Assembly (NCBI GenBank): GCA_965198225.1
Contig: CBDAOY010000009.1
Coordinates: 640,001-704,000, forward strand
DNA: 64,000 bases
Reading direction: 5' to 3'
From: Terriglobia bacterium
Lineage (GTDB): Bacteria; Acidobacteriota; Terriglobia; 20CM-2-55-15
In this document: positions 1-10,528 of the stretch, piece after piece
Numbering within the stretch: the first letter of the stretch is position 1
Layout of the letters: each line of letters opens with the position of its first letter
Position numbers and translations under genes: made by a program
Notes under the pieces: model-generated
The model's input: only the letters and a program-made list of their open reading frames with translations
What the model was told of the DNA's origin: nothing
The model's database searches: none

Positions 1-18
1 CGCTGTAGCTACCTGACA

Positions 19-48
19 ACGGCCTACGGCCTACGCACGACGGCCTAC
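19..48. repeat. Short tandem heptamer repeat (ACGGCCT/CGGCCTA units)
   Basis: acggcctacggcctacg...acggcctac upstream of the first gene. Confidence 0.5.
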
Positions 49-110
49 TTCCCCGTGTTATGATTCTGGCCCGGTATTTTCGGGATACTGCTGTTGACGG
101 AGGCTTTTGA

Positions 111-1142
111 ATGATTCTGGTTACGGGTGGCGCCGGCTACATCGGTTGCGTTCTCGTCAAGGAGCTGCTCAACAAGGGTGAGACCGTTCGTGTCTTCGAC
201 AAGCTCTTCTTCGGAGAGGCCGGCCTGGCCGAATTCAGGGACCGCATCGAGGTCGTTCAGGGAGACGTTCGTGCGATCGACGAGGAGTCCTTTGCCGGTG
301 TCGACGCTGTCATCCATCTCGCCGGTCTGTCCAACGACCCTACTGCGGAGTACAACCCCCGTGCCAACTATGAAATGAACACGATCGCGACCGAGCGATT
401 GGCGCGGATGTCGAAGAAGCTGGGTGTGAAGCGGTTCACGTTCGCGTCGACCTGTTCGATTTACGACAGGGGCCTGTTCTCCGAAGACGTTGTGCTCGAC
501 GAGACCGCCGAAGTCGCGCCTCGGGCGGCCTATGCCGTTTCGAACTATGACGCAGAAAAGATCCTGCTCCAGATGACGGATAACGATTTCTGTCCCGTGA
601 TCCTCCGTCAGGGCACCGTATACGGCTACAGTCCACGCATGCGTTACGATCTGGTCGTCAACACCTTCGTCAAGGACGCTTTCTCGAAGGGGTTCCTGAC
701 GGTCTTCGGCGGTGGAGAGATGTGGAGGCCCCTGGTAGACGTCCTCGATGTCGCCAAAGCGCACATTTGCGCGATCGAGGCGGCCGAAGACAAGGTGAGT
801 GGCGAGATCTTCAACCTGTCGCACAAGAACTACCGGATCCTCGAACTCGCGCACTGGGTCAAAGCCGCGTTGTCGGACACCAAAGAAGTCGGCATTAACG
901 TGGACTACAGTCCTCTCAACGGTCGCAGCTATCGTGTCTCGACGGCCAAGATCGAGTCCCAGCTGGGTTTCCGTGCCGGCTTATCGGTTAGAGAGTCCGT
1001 GACCGACATGGTCAAGCAGATCCAAGCGCATTCGCAGACCGACTTCCTGAACCCCGCTTACTACAACATCCAGTGGATGACGATGCTCGACCGGATGGAG
1101 AAGACGATCCGACAGGTCGGCTCCGTGTTCGGATGTGACTAG
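111..1142 (+). CDS. NAD-dependent nucleotide-sugar epimerase/dehydratase (extended SDR)
   Basis: N-terminal TGGAGYIG Rossmann motif, HLAGLSNDP, FASTCSIY, GTVYG; GGAGG RBS upstream. Confidence 0.9.
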   Translation: MILVTGGAGYIGCVLVKELLNKGETVRVFDKLFFGEAGLAEFRDRIEVVQGDVRAIDEESFAGVDAVIHLAGLSNDPTAEYNPRANYEMNTIATERLARMSKKLGVKRFTFASTCSIYDRGLFSEDVVLDETAEVAPRAAYAVSNYDAEKILLQMTDNDFCPVILRQGTVYGYSPRMRYDLVVNTFVKDAFSKGFLTVFGGGEMWRPLVDVLDVAKAHICAIEAAEDKVSGEIFNLSHKNYRILELAHWVKAALSDTKEVGINVDYSPLNGRSYRVSTAKIESQLGFRAGLSVRESVTDMVKQIQAHSQTDFLNPAYYNIQWMTMLDRMEKTIRQVGSVFGCD

Positions 1143-1195
1143 CAGCTGGACGACGGCGCTGAACCTCTGCGCCACTCCGTCATTGCTCTCGCGCT

Positions 1196-2059
1196 ATGAA
1201 GATCGCACTTCTCGGAGCGAACGGCCAACTTGCCTTCGATCTCAAACGGACCCTCGCTACCCATGAACTGGTTCCCCTCACGCGTGTCGATTTCGATGTC
1301 ACCGATGTCGAGTCCATGCGGGCTTGTCTGTCGGACATCCGTCCGGACGCCATCATCAACACGACCGCGTTCCATCAGGTGGATTTGTGTGAATCGAGAC
1401 CCAAAGACGCGTTCGGAGTGAACGCAGTGGCTGTCTTCCACCTCGCCGAACTCGCAGCCGAACTCGCCGCCTTGATGGTCCACCTCAGTACGGACTATGT
1501 TTTCGACGGTCAGCAGGACGAGCCTTACACGGAGGAGAGTCCAGCCCGCCCCCTGAGCGTTTACGCGAACTCGAAACTGGCCGGTGAGTACTTCGTGCGG
1601 TCCGTTCTGGACCGCTACGTCCTGATCCGTACCTGCGGGTTGTACGGCGTCGCTGGAAGCGCCGGGAAGGGCGGTAACTTCGTCGAGACGATGATCCGGA
1701 AAGCCAGGGCCGGTGAAGAGATCCGGGTAGTCTCCGACCAGGTTGTCGGGCCGACGCCGACCGCAGATCTGGCCTCCCAGATCGAGGTTTTGCTCGAGAC
1801 CGAGGACTACGGCTTGTTCCACGCCAGCAGTGAAGGCGGTTGTTCGTGGTTTGATTTCGCCGCCGCAATACTCGAATTGAGTGGCCTCGAAGCAAAGCTG
1901 GAACCCACCACGACGGAGTTCCACAAGACTCCCGCAACGCGGCCGGGTTTTTCGTTGCTCGAGAACTCCCGGCTCAAGAAACTCGGCCTCAACCGGATGC
2001 GGCCCTGGCGCGAAGGATTGGCCGACTACTTGCAGGAAAAACACGGATTCGGCGGATGA
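1196..2059 (+). CDS. rfbD: dTDP-4-dehydrorhamnose reductase
   Basis: GANGQL, STDYVFDG, YANSKLAGE, DQVVGPT motifs typical of RmlD. Confidence 0.9.
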   Translation: MKIALLGANGQLAFDLKRTLATHELVPLTRVDFDVTDVESMRACLSDIRPDAIINTTAFHQVDLCESRPKDAFGVNAVAVFHLAELAAELAALMVHLSTDYVFDGQQDEPYTEESPARPLSVYANSKLAGEYFVRSVLDRYVLIRTCGLYGVAGSAGKGGNFVETMIRKARAGEEIRVVSDQVVGPTPTADLASQIEVLLETEDYGLFHASSEGGCSWFDFAAAILELSGLEAKLEPTTTEFHKTPATRPGFSLLENSRLKKLGLNRMRPWREGLADYLQEKHGFGG

Positions 2060-3207
2060 CCAGCGACAAAGCCCGCGCCATCGCTGTCGCACTCTTGCTC
2101 CTGCCTCTCGATGTAGTCGTCGCCCTCAGCCTGTTGTTGACCGATGCACTGGGGGTTCTGGTTCGGGCTCCGGTCCGGACTCTTCCACGCTCGGGGCGGC
2201 TTCGACGTCCGAGCGCGACGGTTCAGATACTGAACTGGGACGGCAAGCATCTCCTGGATGAGAGCGTTCCGGCTGCGATCGAGGCCGTCAAGCGGGTCGA
2301 GGGAAACCACGAGGTAGTAGTGGTCGACAACGGCAGTACGGACGGCAGCGTCGATTTCGTGCGGGAACGATACCCGGGAGTCCGTGTGGTGTCGCTGGAT
2401 CGGAACTACCGGTTCACCGGCGGCAACAATCGCGGGCTCCAGACTTCGTCCAGGGATGTCGTCGTCTTCCTCAACAACGATATGATCGTCGATCCGGATT
2501 TTCTTCCGCCACTGCTCGGTGGGTTCCGCGACCGGGCGGTCTTCGCGGTGACTTCCCAGGTGTTCTTCTGGGACAAGAACCGTCGCCGCGAGGAGACGGG
2601 CAAGACCCGGGCGCGGTTCGAGAACGGGTTCTTCCGGATGTGGCACGACGAGGTGTGGGATCACGAGGAGCATGCCGATGCGATACCGGTGTTCTGGGGT
2701 GGCGGTGGCTCATGCGCCTTCGATCGCGAGAAATACATCGCGATCGGCGGTCTCGATACCCTTTTTGACCCTTTCTATGTCGAGGACACGGATATCTCCT
2801 ACCAGGCTTGGAAAAGGGGATGGAAATGCCTGCTGGCGCCTTCGAGCCACGTCGTTCATCGCCACCGGGCCACCAACATGCCGAGATTCGGCGAAAACTT
2901 CGTCGATAACACGATTCGCCGCAACCAGTATCTTTTCATTTGGAAGAACCTGACCGAGACGCGGCTGATTATCGAACATCTCATGCGTTTGCCCTGGATT
3001 CATGGCCGCCTGATCGCCGCCGGCGAGGCTGGATTCGAAGTTCGAGCTTTCTTGAGGGCCGTGGTGCGACTGCCGCTCGCCTGCTGGAGACGTATCCGGT
3101 GCTTGCCTTATTATCTTGTCTCAGACTCCGAGGTCCTACGCATCTCCAACGAGGATGTGCCCGGCGGGGGCTTCAAGCCAGCCTCGGCGTCGCCCGAATC
3201 GCGATGA
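2056..3207 (+). CDS. Glycosyltransferase family 2 with N-terminal hydrophobic segment
   Basis: VVDNGSTDGS, FLNND, PFYVEDTD motifs. Confidence 0.88.
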   Translation: MTSDKARAIAVALLLLPLDVVVALSLLLTDALGVLVRAPVRTLPRSGRLRRPSATVQILNWDGKHLLDESVPAAIEAVKRVEGNHEVVVVDNGSTDGSVDFVRERYPGVRVVSLDRNYRFTGGNNRGLQTSSRDVVVFLNNDMIVDPDFLPPLLGGFRDRAVFAVTSQVFFWDKNRRREETGKTRARFENGFFRMWHDEVWDHEEHADAIPVFWGGGGSCAFDREKYIAIGGLDTLFDPFYVEDTDISYQAWKRGWKCLLAPSSHVVHRHRATNMPRFGENFVDNTIRRNQYLFIWKNLTETRLIIEHLMRLPWIHGRLIAAGEAGFEVRAFLRAVVRLPLACWRRIRCLPYYLVSDSEVLRISNEDVPGGGFKPASASPESR

Positions 3208-4388
3208 ACGTGCTCGTACTGACGGCATACCCCCCCGTGCTCCACCTGCACGGAGGCGGCGTCCGCATGTTCCACAACATCCGGATCCTTGCCGAGAAAC
3301 ACTCCGTCCACGTCGTCTCATTCGTCGAGAACGAGGAAGAGCGCGAACTGCTGGGTTCTCTCGACGACATCTGCGAATCGGTTTCATGCGTCAACCGTGT
3401 TCCGGATTTGAGATCACGTCCGTGGTCCCTCGATCCAACGATGATGCAGTACTTCGACGTTCCGGAGATGCATCGGAAGGTGGACGAAGTTGTCGATCAA
3501 CACCGAATCGAGGTCCTGCAGTGCGAATACCTCCAGATGGCTCAGTTCCGTCGAGGGGACCTTTTCACGATCTGGACGGCGCACGAGGCGATGTCGGCGA
3601 ACGCGTACATAGAGTTCCTTGCCGAGAATCATCCGCTGGAAAAGGTGCGAAGCTACTATCAGTGGATGGCGATGCTGCGCTACGAGGTTCGCGCCGCCAG
3701 GAGTTTCGATCGTGTCATCACGATGACCGAGGCCGACGCAGAATACCTGCGATCCTACGCGCCCGCGGCGGACGTACGGCCCATTCCCATCGGCGTCGAT
3801 GCGCAATGGTACACCCCGCTGGCCGAGCGCCCCGATCGGCGACTCGATGCGGTCTTTCTTGGCAACTTCCGACATACGCCCAACGTCGAAGCGGTTCGCT
3901 TCCTGATCGACCACGTGGTGCCTTACTTTCCGGAACTCAACTTTCAGGTTGCCGGCAGCAACGTCCCCGAAGGCCTGGTCGACGGCGCGCCGGTCGAACT
4001 CATGGGGTATCAGGCCGACACGAGGGTCCTCTACAATCGTCCCAATACGATCGTCCTGGCTCCGTTGTTCTCCGGTACGGGGCAGCGGGTGAAGCTGCTG
4101 GAAGCGTTCTCGATGGCCATGCCTGTTGTAACCACTTCGACGGGTGCCGCCGGCTTTCCTGTTTCAGATGGAAAGGAGGCCTTCGTAGCCGACAGCGCCG
4201 AGGGTTATCGGGGAGCCCTGAGAGCGTTGCGCGATTCTCGAGGGCTCAGGCTGAAAATGGGGCGTTCGGCGCGGCGGATGATAGTCGATAATCTGAACTG
4301 GTCTCAGCTGGCTGACGCCTTTCTTGAAGCTGTTAGTCCTAGCAGCCCACCGGCTGCTGGGTCCGCCGCCGGAGGTGGTCTCAAGTGA
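3204..4388 (+). CDS. Glycosyltransferase family 4 (GT-B)
   Basis: Start reassigned to the ATG overlapping the upstream stop (MNVLVLTAYPP); FLGNFRHTPN, KLLEAFSMAMPVVTT. Confidence 0.85.
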   Translation: MNVLVLTAYPPVLHLHGGGVRMFHNIRILAEKHSVHVVSFVENEEERELLGSLDDICESVSCVNRVPDLRSRPWSLDPTMMQYFDVPEMHRKVDEVVDQHRIEVLQCEYLQMAQFRRGDLFTIWTAHEAMSANAYIEFLAENHPLEKVRSYYQWMAMLRYEVRAARSFDRVITMTEADAEYLRSYAPAADVRPIPIGVDAQWYTPLAERPDRRLDAVFLGNFRHTPNVEAVRFLIDHVVPYFPELNFQVAGSNVPEGLVDGAPVELMGYQADTRVLYNRPNTIVLAPLFSGTGQRVKLLEAFSMAMPVVTTSTGAAGFPVSDGKEAFVADSAEGYRGALRALRDSRGLRLKMGRSARRMIVDNLNWSQLADAFLEAVSPSSPPAAGSAAGGGLK

Positions 4389-4457
4389 AGCGTCTCATCG
4401 CATTCGCGTGTCGGTTCCTGGCCCTCCTGATGATCACTGCATACCTGGAAGGGGGCA

Positions 4458-5321
4458 ATGCCACCGAGCGTTGATGTCCTGACGCTGTTTCATGACGAGA
4501 GGGAACTCGTCGGCCCATACTTGGAGAGCGTCGGGATGATCTCCATTCCGTTCACCCTGTACCTGCTCGACAACGGCTCGAGGGACGGCACACAGGACCG
4601 GATCAGCGCCGAATTGGGGAAGCTGTCTTTTCGCGCTCATTTCTACCGATCGCTGCGCAACAACGGTTTTGCCAGGGGCATGAACCTGCTCGCGGGTCAA
4701 TCGGATGCCGATTATCTGTTTCTGCTGAATCCGGACACGCGGCTCGATCCGGGTTGCCTCGAAAGGCTCCTGGATCGCGCCGAAGCGGACTCTTCGATTG
4801 CGATCTGCGAAGCTCGCCAGGCGCCGAGGGAGCACCCCAAGACCGTCGACTCGGACACCGGCGAGACAAGCTGGTGCGCGGGTGCGGCGGCGTTGATTCG
4901 CCGGAGCGCGTTCGAGGAGGTCGGCCGCTTCGACGAGAGACTGTTCTTCATGTACTGCGAAGATGTGGATCTGAGTTGGAAACTGTGGATCCGCGGCTGG
5001 AAATGTATCTATGTGAGGGAGGCCGTCGTGAATCACGAAGCACCGCCGGGCAAGCGTCGCACGCGGGAAAACTACTTCAGTTTTCGGAATTCCCTGTTCC
5101 TCTACCACCGATTCCGGCGTGATGATGATTCCGGGTTGTTGCGCGCTTTCTTGTTGAAACGATTCGTGTCCCGGCGTTATTCCTTGAAGAGTAAGGCTTT
5201 GTTCGCAATTGCTTTCGCCGATCACATTCGCTATATTCCGTACCTGACCAAGACCCGGCAGGAATGGGGGGGCCGGGACCATCCGTGGATACGGTTGAGT
5301 GAAACTTCGCTGTCGGAATGA
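4458..5321 (+). CDS. Glycosyltransferase family 2
   Basis: LLDNGSRDGT, LLNPD, FMYCEDVDLSW; start uncertain (an out-of-frame GTG at 4385 encodes a hydrophobic leader). Confidence 0.85.
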   Translation: MPPSVDVLTLFHDERELVGPYLESVGMISIPFTLYLLDNGSRDGTQDRISAELGKLSFRAHFYRSLRNNGFARGMNLLAGQSDADYLFLLNPDTRLDPGCLERLLDRAEADSSIAICEARQAPREHPKTVDSDTGETSWCAGAAALIRRSAFEEVGRFDERLFFMYCEDVDLSWKLWIRGWKCIYVREAVVNHEAPPGKRRTRENYFSFRNSLFLYHRFRRDDDSGLLRAFLLKRFVSRRYSLKSKALFAIAFADHIRYIPYLTKTRQEWGGRDHPWIRLSETSLSE

Positions 5322-5442
5322 CCGGGGGTTAAACGGTCTAGGTTTCACGCTGTCTATATTTTAGATCGAGTCCGCACGTCGGGGATGAAGCGACTCGTGG
5401 CACGATAACCAGGAACCCGGAATCAGCCTTCAGGTTGCCCCC

Positions 5443-6477
5443 GTGTACAAGATATCCGTCGTCATACCCACCTTGAACCGATCCGCGCTGCTTGCGGAGA
5501 CGATCGATCACGTCGAATCGCAGACGGTCCCTCAGGACCAGTACGAAGTCATCGTCGTCGACAACAATTCGTCGGACGATACTCTCCGGGTCCTCGAACA
5601 GAAGGCTGACTCGTACCCCAACCTCACGTTTTTGTCCCAGCGCAAGCCCGGGGCCGCGGCGACCCGGAATCTGGGTCTCGGGATCGCGAGCGGAGAGATC
5701 GTTCTGTTTATCGACGACGACATCGAGGCGAAGCCCGGCCTGCTCGAATCCCATATCGCTTACCAGCGGGAGAACGCGGGCTCAGCGATCATCGGGACGA
5801 TCCTTACGCGCTGGGAGACGACTCGCGATCCGTTCCTGCGGTACCTGCGCGATCGCGGCATCTTCAATCCATACAGCCTGACAGGCAGTGCCATGGATTT
5901 CACCTGTTACCACACGGGTAACGTTTCGACTCCAAGACAGATGCTGGTAGACGCCGGGGGCTTCGACGAACAGTTTGCCGTATACGGGATGGAAGACATC
6001 GAGTTGGGCTATCGCCTGGAGAAACACGGGTGCCGCATGCTGCACGGTCGAGAAGCGCGGGGGCTCCATCATTACTCGCCGACCTACGGCCAGTTCACTG
6101 AACGCTGTGAGCAGGCGGGATATTCTCTCGGACTGATGTTGCGTATGCATCCGGAGCTTCGAACGCGCTTCACCGAGAACGGGCGCATGACGCGTGTCTT
6201 GAAACCGTTTCACCGTTTGTACAGTTTTGCCGCACCTCTGATCCGGCCCCTCCACCGATCGCTGGCACGCTTGGATGAGAAGCGGGGTACCGGTCCCGTG
6301 ACCGGAGTCCTCGGTTTTCACTACAACTGGGCGCTTCGCTATCACTTCTTCCTCGGCTATTCGCGCTACGCCTCGAACGGGCATTCGGCGCCGAAGTTCG
6401 CCGAGCATCGTGGGGCCGAGGAATTGAAGATCGAGAAGCCGGCGTCCAAAGTCCAGAGTGGTTCGCTCGTGCCGTGA
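5443..6477 (+). CDS. Glycosyltransferase family 2
   Basis: ISVVIPTLNR, VVDNNSSD, FIDDD, YGMEDIELGYRL. Confidence 0.88.
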   Translation: MYKISVVIPTLNRSALLAETIDHVESQTVPQDQYEVIVVDNNSSDDTLRVLEQKADSYPNLTFLSQRKPGAAATRNLGLGIASGEIVLFIDDDIEAKPGLLESHIAYQRENAGSAIIGTILTRWETTRDPFLRYLRDRGIFNPYSLTGSAMDFTCYHTGNVSTPRQMLVDAGGFDEQFAVYGMEDIELGYRLEKHGCRMLHGREARGLHHYSPTYGQFTERCEQAGYSLGLMLRMHPELRTRFTENGRMTRVLKPFHRLYSFAAPLIRPLHRSLARLDEKRGTGPVTGVLGFHYNWALRYHFFLGYSRYASNGHSAPKFAEHRGAEELKIEKPASKVQSGSLVP

Positions 6478-6557
6478 TCGCCTGCGGCCAGGTTCTCGGT
6501 CCTCGAGCGCGAACGGAGCAGAGGGCGCCTGCCCCGGCAGGTTCCCCGCGGTTCTGA

Positions 6558-8180
6558 ATGAGTGATCCAACCTCGAAGGGAGGAGACGATTCCTCCAATT
6601 CCGTGACATTCCTCGGAGACTTCTCCAAGAAGCTGGTCACGAACACGTTCTTCAACTTCGTAGGCCGGTTCTGGAGCTTCCTCGTCATCCTGCTCCTGAC
6701 GCCGTACATCTTGTCGCGGCTCAGCGTCAGTGAATTCGGCGTCTGGATCCTGTTGTCCGTTTTTGTCGGCGCTTTCAACCTGTTGGATCTGGGTCTGGGT
6801 TCCTCCTTCATCAAGTACATTTCCCAATACCACGCCCATCAGGACCGTGCCCGGATCAACCGCGTTCTGTGTCTGGGTCTGCTCTTTTACGGAGCCTTCG
6901 GCTTGGGGCTGACGGCCCTGGGCCTTCTGCTACGGCCCTTCCTCTTCGGCGTGTTTCGGATCGAAGCGGACCCGGGCGTGTATCTGCTCGTGCTGGTTTC
7001 TTTTTCGATCAACAACATCGCCTTGATGTTGCTGTCGACCTTGAAGGGGCTGCAACGGATGGACCAGTCCAACGCCGTCGAAATCAAGATGAGCCTGCCC
7101 AACTTGATCGGCACCGTCGTGTTCCTGGAAGCTGGGCTCGGGATGCTGGGGCTGGCGGTGAACGCGGTGTTTGTGGCGCTGGTGACGGCTCTGACGGCCT
7201 GGTGGACTCTGAAGCGTGTCGATCCGCGAATCGGGATCGAATGGTACCTGGATCGGGATCTGCTGAGGGAAATGTTCGGCTACGGAGCCAAGCTACAGGT
7301 GAGTCGCCTGGGAGGGCTGGTCTGTTTCCAGATCGATAAGCTGATCATTTCGAGGTTCCTCGGTGTCGCCGCCGTGTCGTTCTACGAGGTCAGTTCGCGG
7401 CTGACCCTCTTTATGCGCGCCTTGCCTCTGGTGATGATTTCCGCACTGATTCCGGCGACGTCGGAACTCGGGGCCCGCAACGATCGAGCCCGGATCGTCA
7501 AGGCATATATCCTGGCGTCCAAGTACGTCGTCATGTTGACCGTGGCGCTGGTGGCCTTCGTGATCATCGAAGCCGATTCCCTGCTGCGGTTGTGGCTGGG
7601 CAACGGCTTCGAGCGTTCCGTGATCCTTGTCCAGGTGCTGGCGATTGGATACGGCGTCAACGTGATGGGTGGCGCGGCCAGCCAGACGGGCGCAGGGGTC
7701 GGCCGGCCGGAGTTCGACATGAAAGGCACGGTTCTGCTGACGATCCTGAATCCGATTCTCAGCCTGTTGCTGGTACAGCGCTTCGGGGCCGCCGGCGCGG
7801 CGGCCGGAACCTCTCTCTCGCTCATTATCGCGGCAGCGTACCTGGTCCTCCTGTTTCATCGCGACTACCTGGGTAACTCCGCCTCCACCATTCTCCGTGA
7901 CATTCATTTCCGACCCTGGGTCGCCGGAGTCCTGGCGGCCGTGTCGGTGTGGGGTGTGCACCAGCTGTTGCCGGCCCTCGCCCAGATGGGCCAGGTTCGC
8001 TACCTGACGCCATTGAAGATTGCGGCCGATTTCGCAATCTTTTCCTCTGCCTACGTCTTCCTGCTTGTCGGCCTCCGCCACATCACCGCAATCGACCGGC
8101 GGAACCTCACCGGACTCCTGTCGTTCGGCATGGAATTCGTACGGCACCCGATGCGGGAACGCGGCAAGATCTACAGATAG
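6558..8180 (+). CDS. Wzx-like oligosaccharide flippase (MOP/PST family)
   Basis: Many hydrophobic segments, DLGLG and IDKLIISRFLG motifs, glycosyltransferase context. Confidence 0.85.
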   Translation: MSDPTSKGGDDSSNSVTFLGDFSKKLVTNTFFNFVGRFWSFLVILLLTPYILSRLSVSEFGVWILLSVFVGAFNLLDLGLGSSFIKYISQYHAHQDRARINRVLCLGLLFYGAFGLGLTALGLLLRPFLFGVFRIEADPGVYLLVLVSFSINNIALMLLSTLKGLQRMDQSNAVEIKMSLPNLIGTVVFLEAGLGMLGLAVNAVFVALVTALTAWWTLKRVDPRIGIEWYLDRDLLREMFGYGAKLQVSRLGGLVCFQIDKLIISRFLGVAAVSFYEVSSRLTLFMRALPLVMISALIPATSELGARNDRARIVKAYILASKYVVMLTVALVAFVIIEADSLLRLWLGNGFERSVILVQVLAIGYGVNVMGGAASQTGAGVGRPEFDMKGTVLLTILNPILSLLLVQRFGAAGAAAGTSLSLIIAAAYLVLLFHRDYLGNSASTILRDIHFRPWVAGVLAAVSVWGVHQLLPALAQMGQVRYLTPLKIAADFAIFSSAYVFLLVGLRHITAIDRRNLTGLLSFGMEFVRHPMRERGKIYR

Positions 8181-8202
8181 TCAGTAATCAGTAGTCAGTT
8201 GG
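8178..8202. repeat. Heptamer tandem repeat (AGTAGTC family)
   Basis: tagtcagtaatcagtagtcagttgg; the same family occurs at 50405, 51462, 51611 and 51719. Confidence 0.65.
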
Positions 8203-8245
8203 CGTTTCCGGCTATCGCAACGATCCGCGAGAGAGCCACCGTGAG

Positions 8246-8270
8246 GGGGACAGGGACTTGCCCTGTCCCC
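8246..8270. terminator. Perfect 10-bp hairpin between convergent genes (terminator or REP-like)
   Basis: GGGGACAGGG-acttg-CCCTGTCCCC. Confidence 0.55.
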
Positions 8271-8325
8271 GGGTGTTTGCTTCCGAGCCAAGTTGGGTAA
8301 GGCTTCCACCCCGCACCCTTCAACA

Positions 8326-9732
8326 CTAATTCACGCTAACTGTTTCCGACTTCCGGATGCGTCGGATAACGGCGCGCGCGATCTTGTTTGCGTTTCGCCG
8401 GTTGGTCAGCTTCTTTCCGAGGTTCACTATCGATCGGGGTCGGGTGTAGAAGCGCCAGTAGGCCTGGCGTTGGATGGCCTTCAGTTCGTCCAACGGCAGC
8501 GATTCATTGTGGATCGTGGGAAACAGCTGGTCGAGGGCTTCGAGGCCTTCGGTGTCCATCGTGCCGAACCGGCCGTCGAGCATATCGTTGCGGAGGACTG
8601 TCCCCTTGAACGGGCTGACCAGCGAAATGAAGATCGTGTCGAGCGGAGCGGTAACGGCGAAGTCCACCGTACGATTGACTTCCTCGCGGGTCTCGCCCGG
8701 GAAACCGATCATGAAGAAGCCGCAGACCTCAATGTCGTACTTTCGAGCCCAGTGAATCGTTTCCAGCGAGGGCTGGATTTTGAGGTTTTTCCGGATCAGC
8801 CGCTGGTACTTTTCCGAGACTGTTTCGATCGCGATCGCCATGTAATGGGTTCCTGCCTCCTTCATCAACGCGACGAGCTCTTCATCGAAGCGATCACCGC
8901 GAACCCCGTTCGGGAACTGCAAGTGGACTTCGAGCCGTCTGTCGATGATCTGCCGGCAGATCTCCTTCGCGCGATCCAGGTCGAAGTTGAAGATATCGTC
9001 GACCATCATGAACTCGCCCACGCCGTGAGCTCGGACCAGCGCTTCCATCTGATCGACGACTTTGGGCGGGGACAGCCCCCGGTAACGCTTGCCGTGAATC
9101 GTGTGGCAGTAAGAGCAGTGGTAGGGACAACCACGGCTGGACACGAACTGCACCGCCCGGGGCGACTTCGGGAAGTGCCAGGGGGAATCGAGCCGGAAGT
9201 ATGCGTCCATGTCGAGCAGGTCGAAGGCCGGCGGCGGAAGCTCCTCCATGGGGGGCACGCTGGCGGGCACATTCTCGTTGACGCGCCCGTCCCTGATCGA
9301 CCACACACCGGGGATACCGTCGGTACTCCGTGCGGCTCCCAGTTGCGTCAGGAGGCTGGCAAGCGCGATTTCCCCCTCCCCGGCGATCACGTAGTCGACG
9401 ACACCGCTCTTGAGGCACTCCTCCGGGTCGCCTGACGCGTGCGCGCCCCCGAAAACGATCTTGATCCCCGGATGGACTTGCTTGAGCCGGCGCGCCTCAG
9501 CGACGGCGTCGGGGAATTCGCAGGTCATGCATCCGATTCCTGCCACCCGGACGTCGCGGCTTCGGATGTATTTATCCACATGATCGGTCGTCATGCCTTT
9601 CAGCACGAGGTCCAGGATGCCGGCCACATGCCCGTTCCCGCGCAGGTAGGCCGAGAGGTGGACGTAGTTCAGCGGCACATTGTTGATGTAGGCATTGGCC
9701 TGGGCTGAGGGCCGGATGAAAGCGATTTGCAT
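8326..9732 (-). CDS. B12-binding domain radical SAM protein (class B methyltransferase-like)
   Basis: N-terminal cobalamin-binding-like region (GGAHAS, GEGE), SSRGCPYHCSYC CxxxCxxC motif, FMIGFPGET; start placed at MQIAFIRP. Confidence 0.88.
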   Translation of the reverse strand: MQIAFIRPSAQANAYINNVPLNYVHLSAYLRGNGHVAGILDLVLKGMTTDHVDKYIRSRDVRVAGIGCMTCEFPDAVAEARRLKQVHPGIKIVFGGAHASGDPEECLKSGVVDYVIAGEGEIALASLLTQLGAARSTDGIPGVWSIRDGRVNENVPASVPPMEELPPPAFDLLDMDAYFRLDSPWHFPKSPRAVQFVSSRGCPYHCSYCHTIHGKRYRGLSPPKVVDQMEALVRAHGVGEFMMVDDIFNFDLDRAKEICRQIIDRRLEVHLQFPNGVRGDRFDEELVALMKEAGTHYMAIAIETVSEKYQRLIRKNLKIQPSLETIHWARKYDIEVCGFFMIGFPGETREEVNRTVDFAVTAPLDTIFISLVSPFKGTVLRNDMLDGRFGTMDTEGLEALDQLFPTIHNESLPLDELKAIQRQAYWRFYTRPRSIVNLGKKLTNRRNANKIARAVIRRIRKSETVSVN

Positions 9733-9912
9733 TTCGGTGCGAAGCGTCGTCGATTCTCCTCTCCTGGAATCGTTTTCCGAGACAATACAAGTCACTAGAA
9801 TAAGCTCAGACACCTCTCGGAAGTCAACCGGACCTGTGTAAGGCTCCGGCGTTGAACGACATGGGCGGGCAGGTTGTCCTTCTTCCTGAGGGCTGCCTCG
9901 GGTGTCGAATGC

Positions 9913-9937
9913 GTAACGTGTTCGTAGGCCGCTCGTC
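9913..9937 (+). promoter_or_regulatory. Possible ECF-sigma promoter (autoregulatory)
   Basis: GTAAC-N16-CGTC upstream of the ECF sigma gene; matches the generic AAC/CGT ECF pattern only. Confidence 0.3.
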
Positions 9938-9981
9938 TTTTCGGGGACCTGCAGCGTCTCTCTGTTATGTGAGGACCGGAC

Positions 9982-10527
9982 TTGAGTTTAGAGCGCGCCG
10001 GAGACCGGCGGATCATCGAGCGAGTCCTGGAAGGAGACACCAACTCCTTCAACCTGCTCGTCTGGCAGTGGGAAAAGCCTATCTACAACTATATCTTCAG
10101 GATGGTTGGAAATATCGACGAAGCCATGGACCTCTGCCAGGAAAGCTTCATGAAGGCTTTCAGCGAGCTTCCCTCGCTCAAGGACCGGGACCGGTTTTCA
10201 GCATGGTTGTACCGCATCGCTCACAACGTGTGCTATTCGCGCTTTCGAAAGGAGAGCGGGAGGACCTTTGTTCCACTCGAAATCGATCCAGGCATGAAAC
10301 CGGCGTCGATAGTGAACCGGTTGGCTGTGGAGAAAGCGCTCGCCGGGTTGCCAGACGATCAGCGCGAGGTCGTCGTCCTGAAGGTTTTCCAGGGCTTGAA
10401 ATTCGAGGAAATCGCCGCCGTCCAGGGTGCGCCCGTGTCGACGGTCAAGTCCCGTCTTTACATGAGCTTCGAGAAGCTGAAATCGGTCCTGGGCGGCGAA
10501 CCGCTCAACCGCTCTCAAACATCATAG
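9982..10527 (+). CDS. ECF-family RNA polymerase sigma factor
   Basis: Region 2 (DLCQESF, FSAWLYRIAHN) and region 4 (EEIAAVQGAPVSTVKSRL). Confidence 0.92.
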   Translation: MSLERAGDRRIIERVLEGDTNSFNLLVWQWEKPIYNYIFRMVGNIDEAMDLCQESFMKAFSELPSLKDRDRFSAWLYRIAHNVCYSRFRKESGRTFVPLEIDPGMKPASIVNRLAVEKALAGLPDDQREVVVLKVFQGLKFEEIAAVQGAPVSTVKSRLYMSFEKLKSVLGGEPLNRSQTS

Positions 10528-10528
10528 G

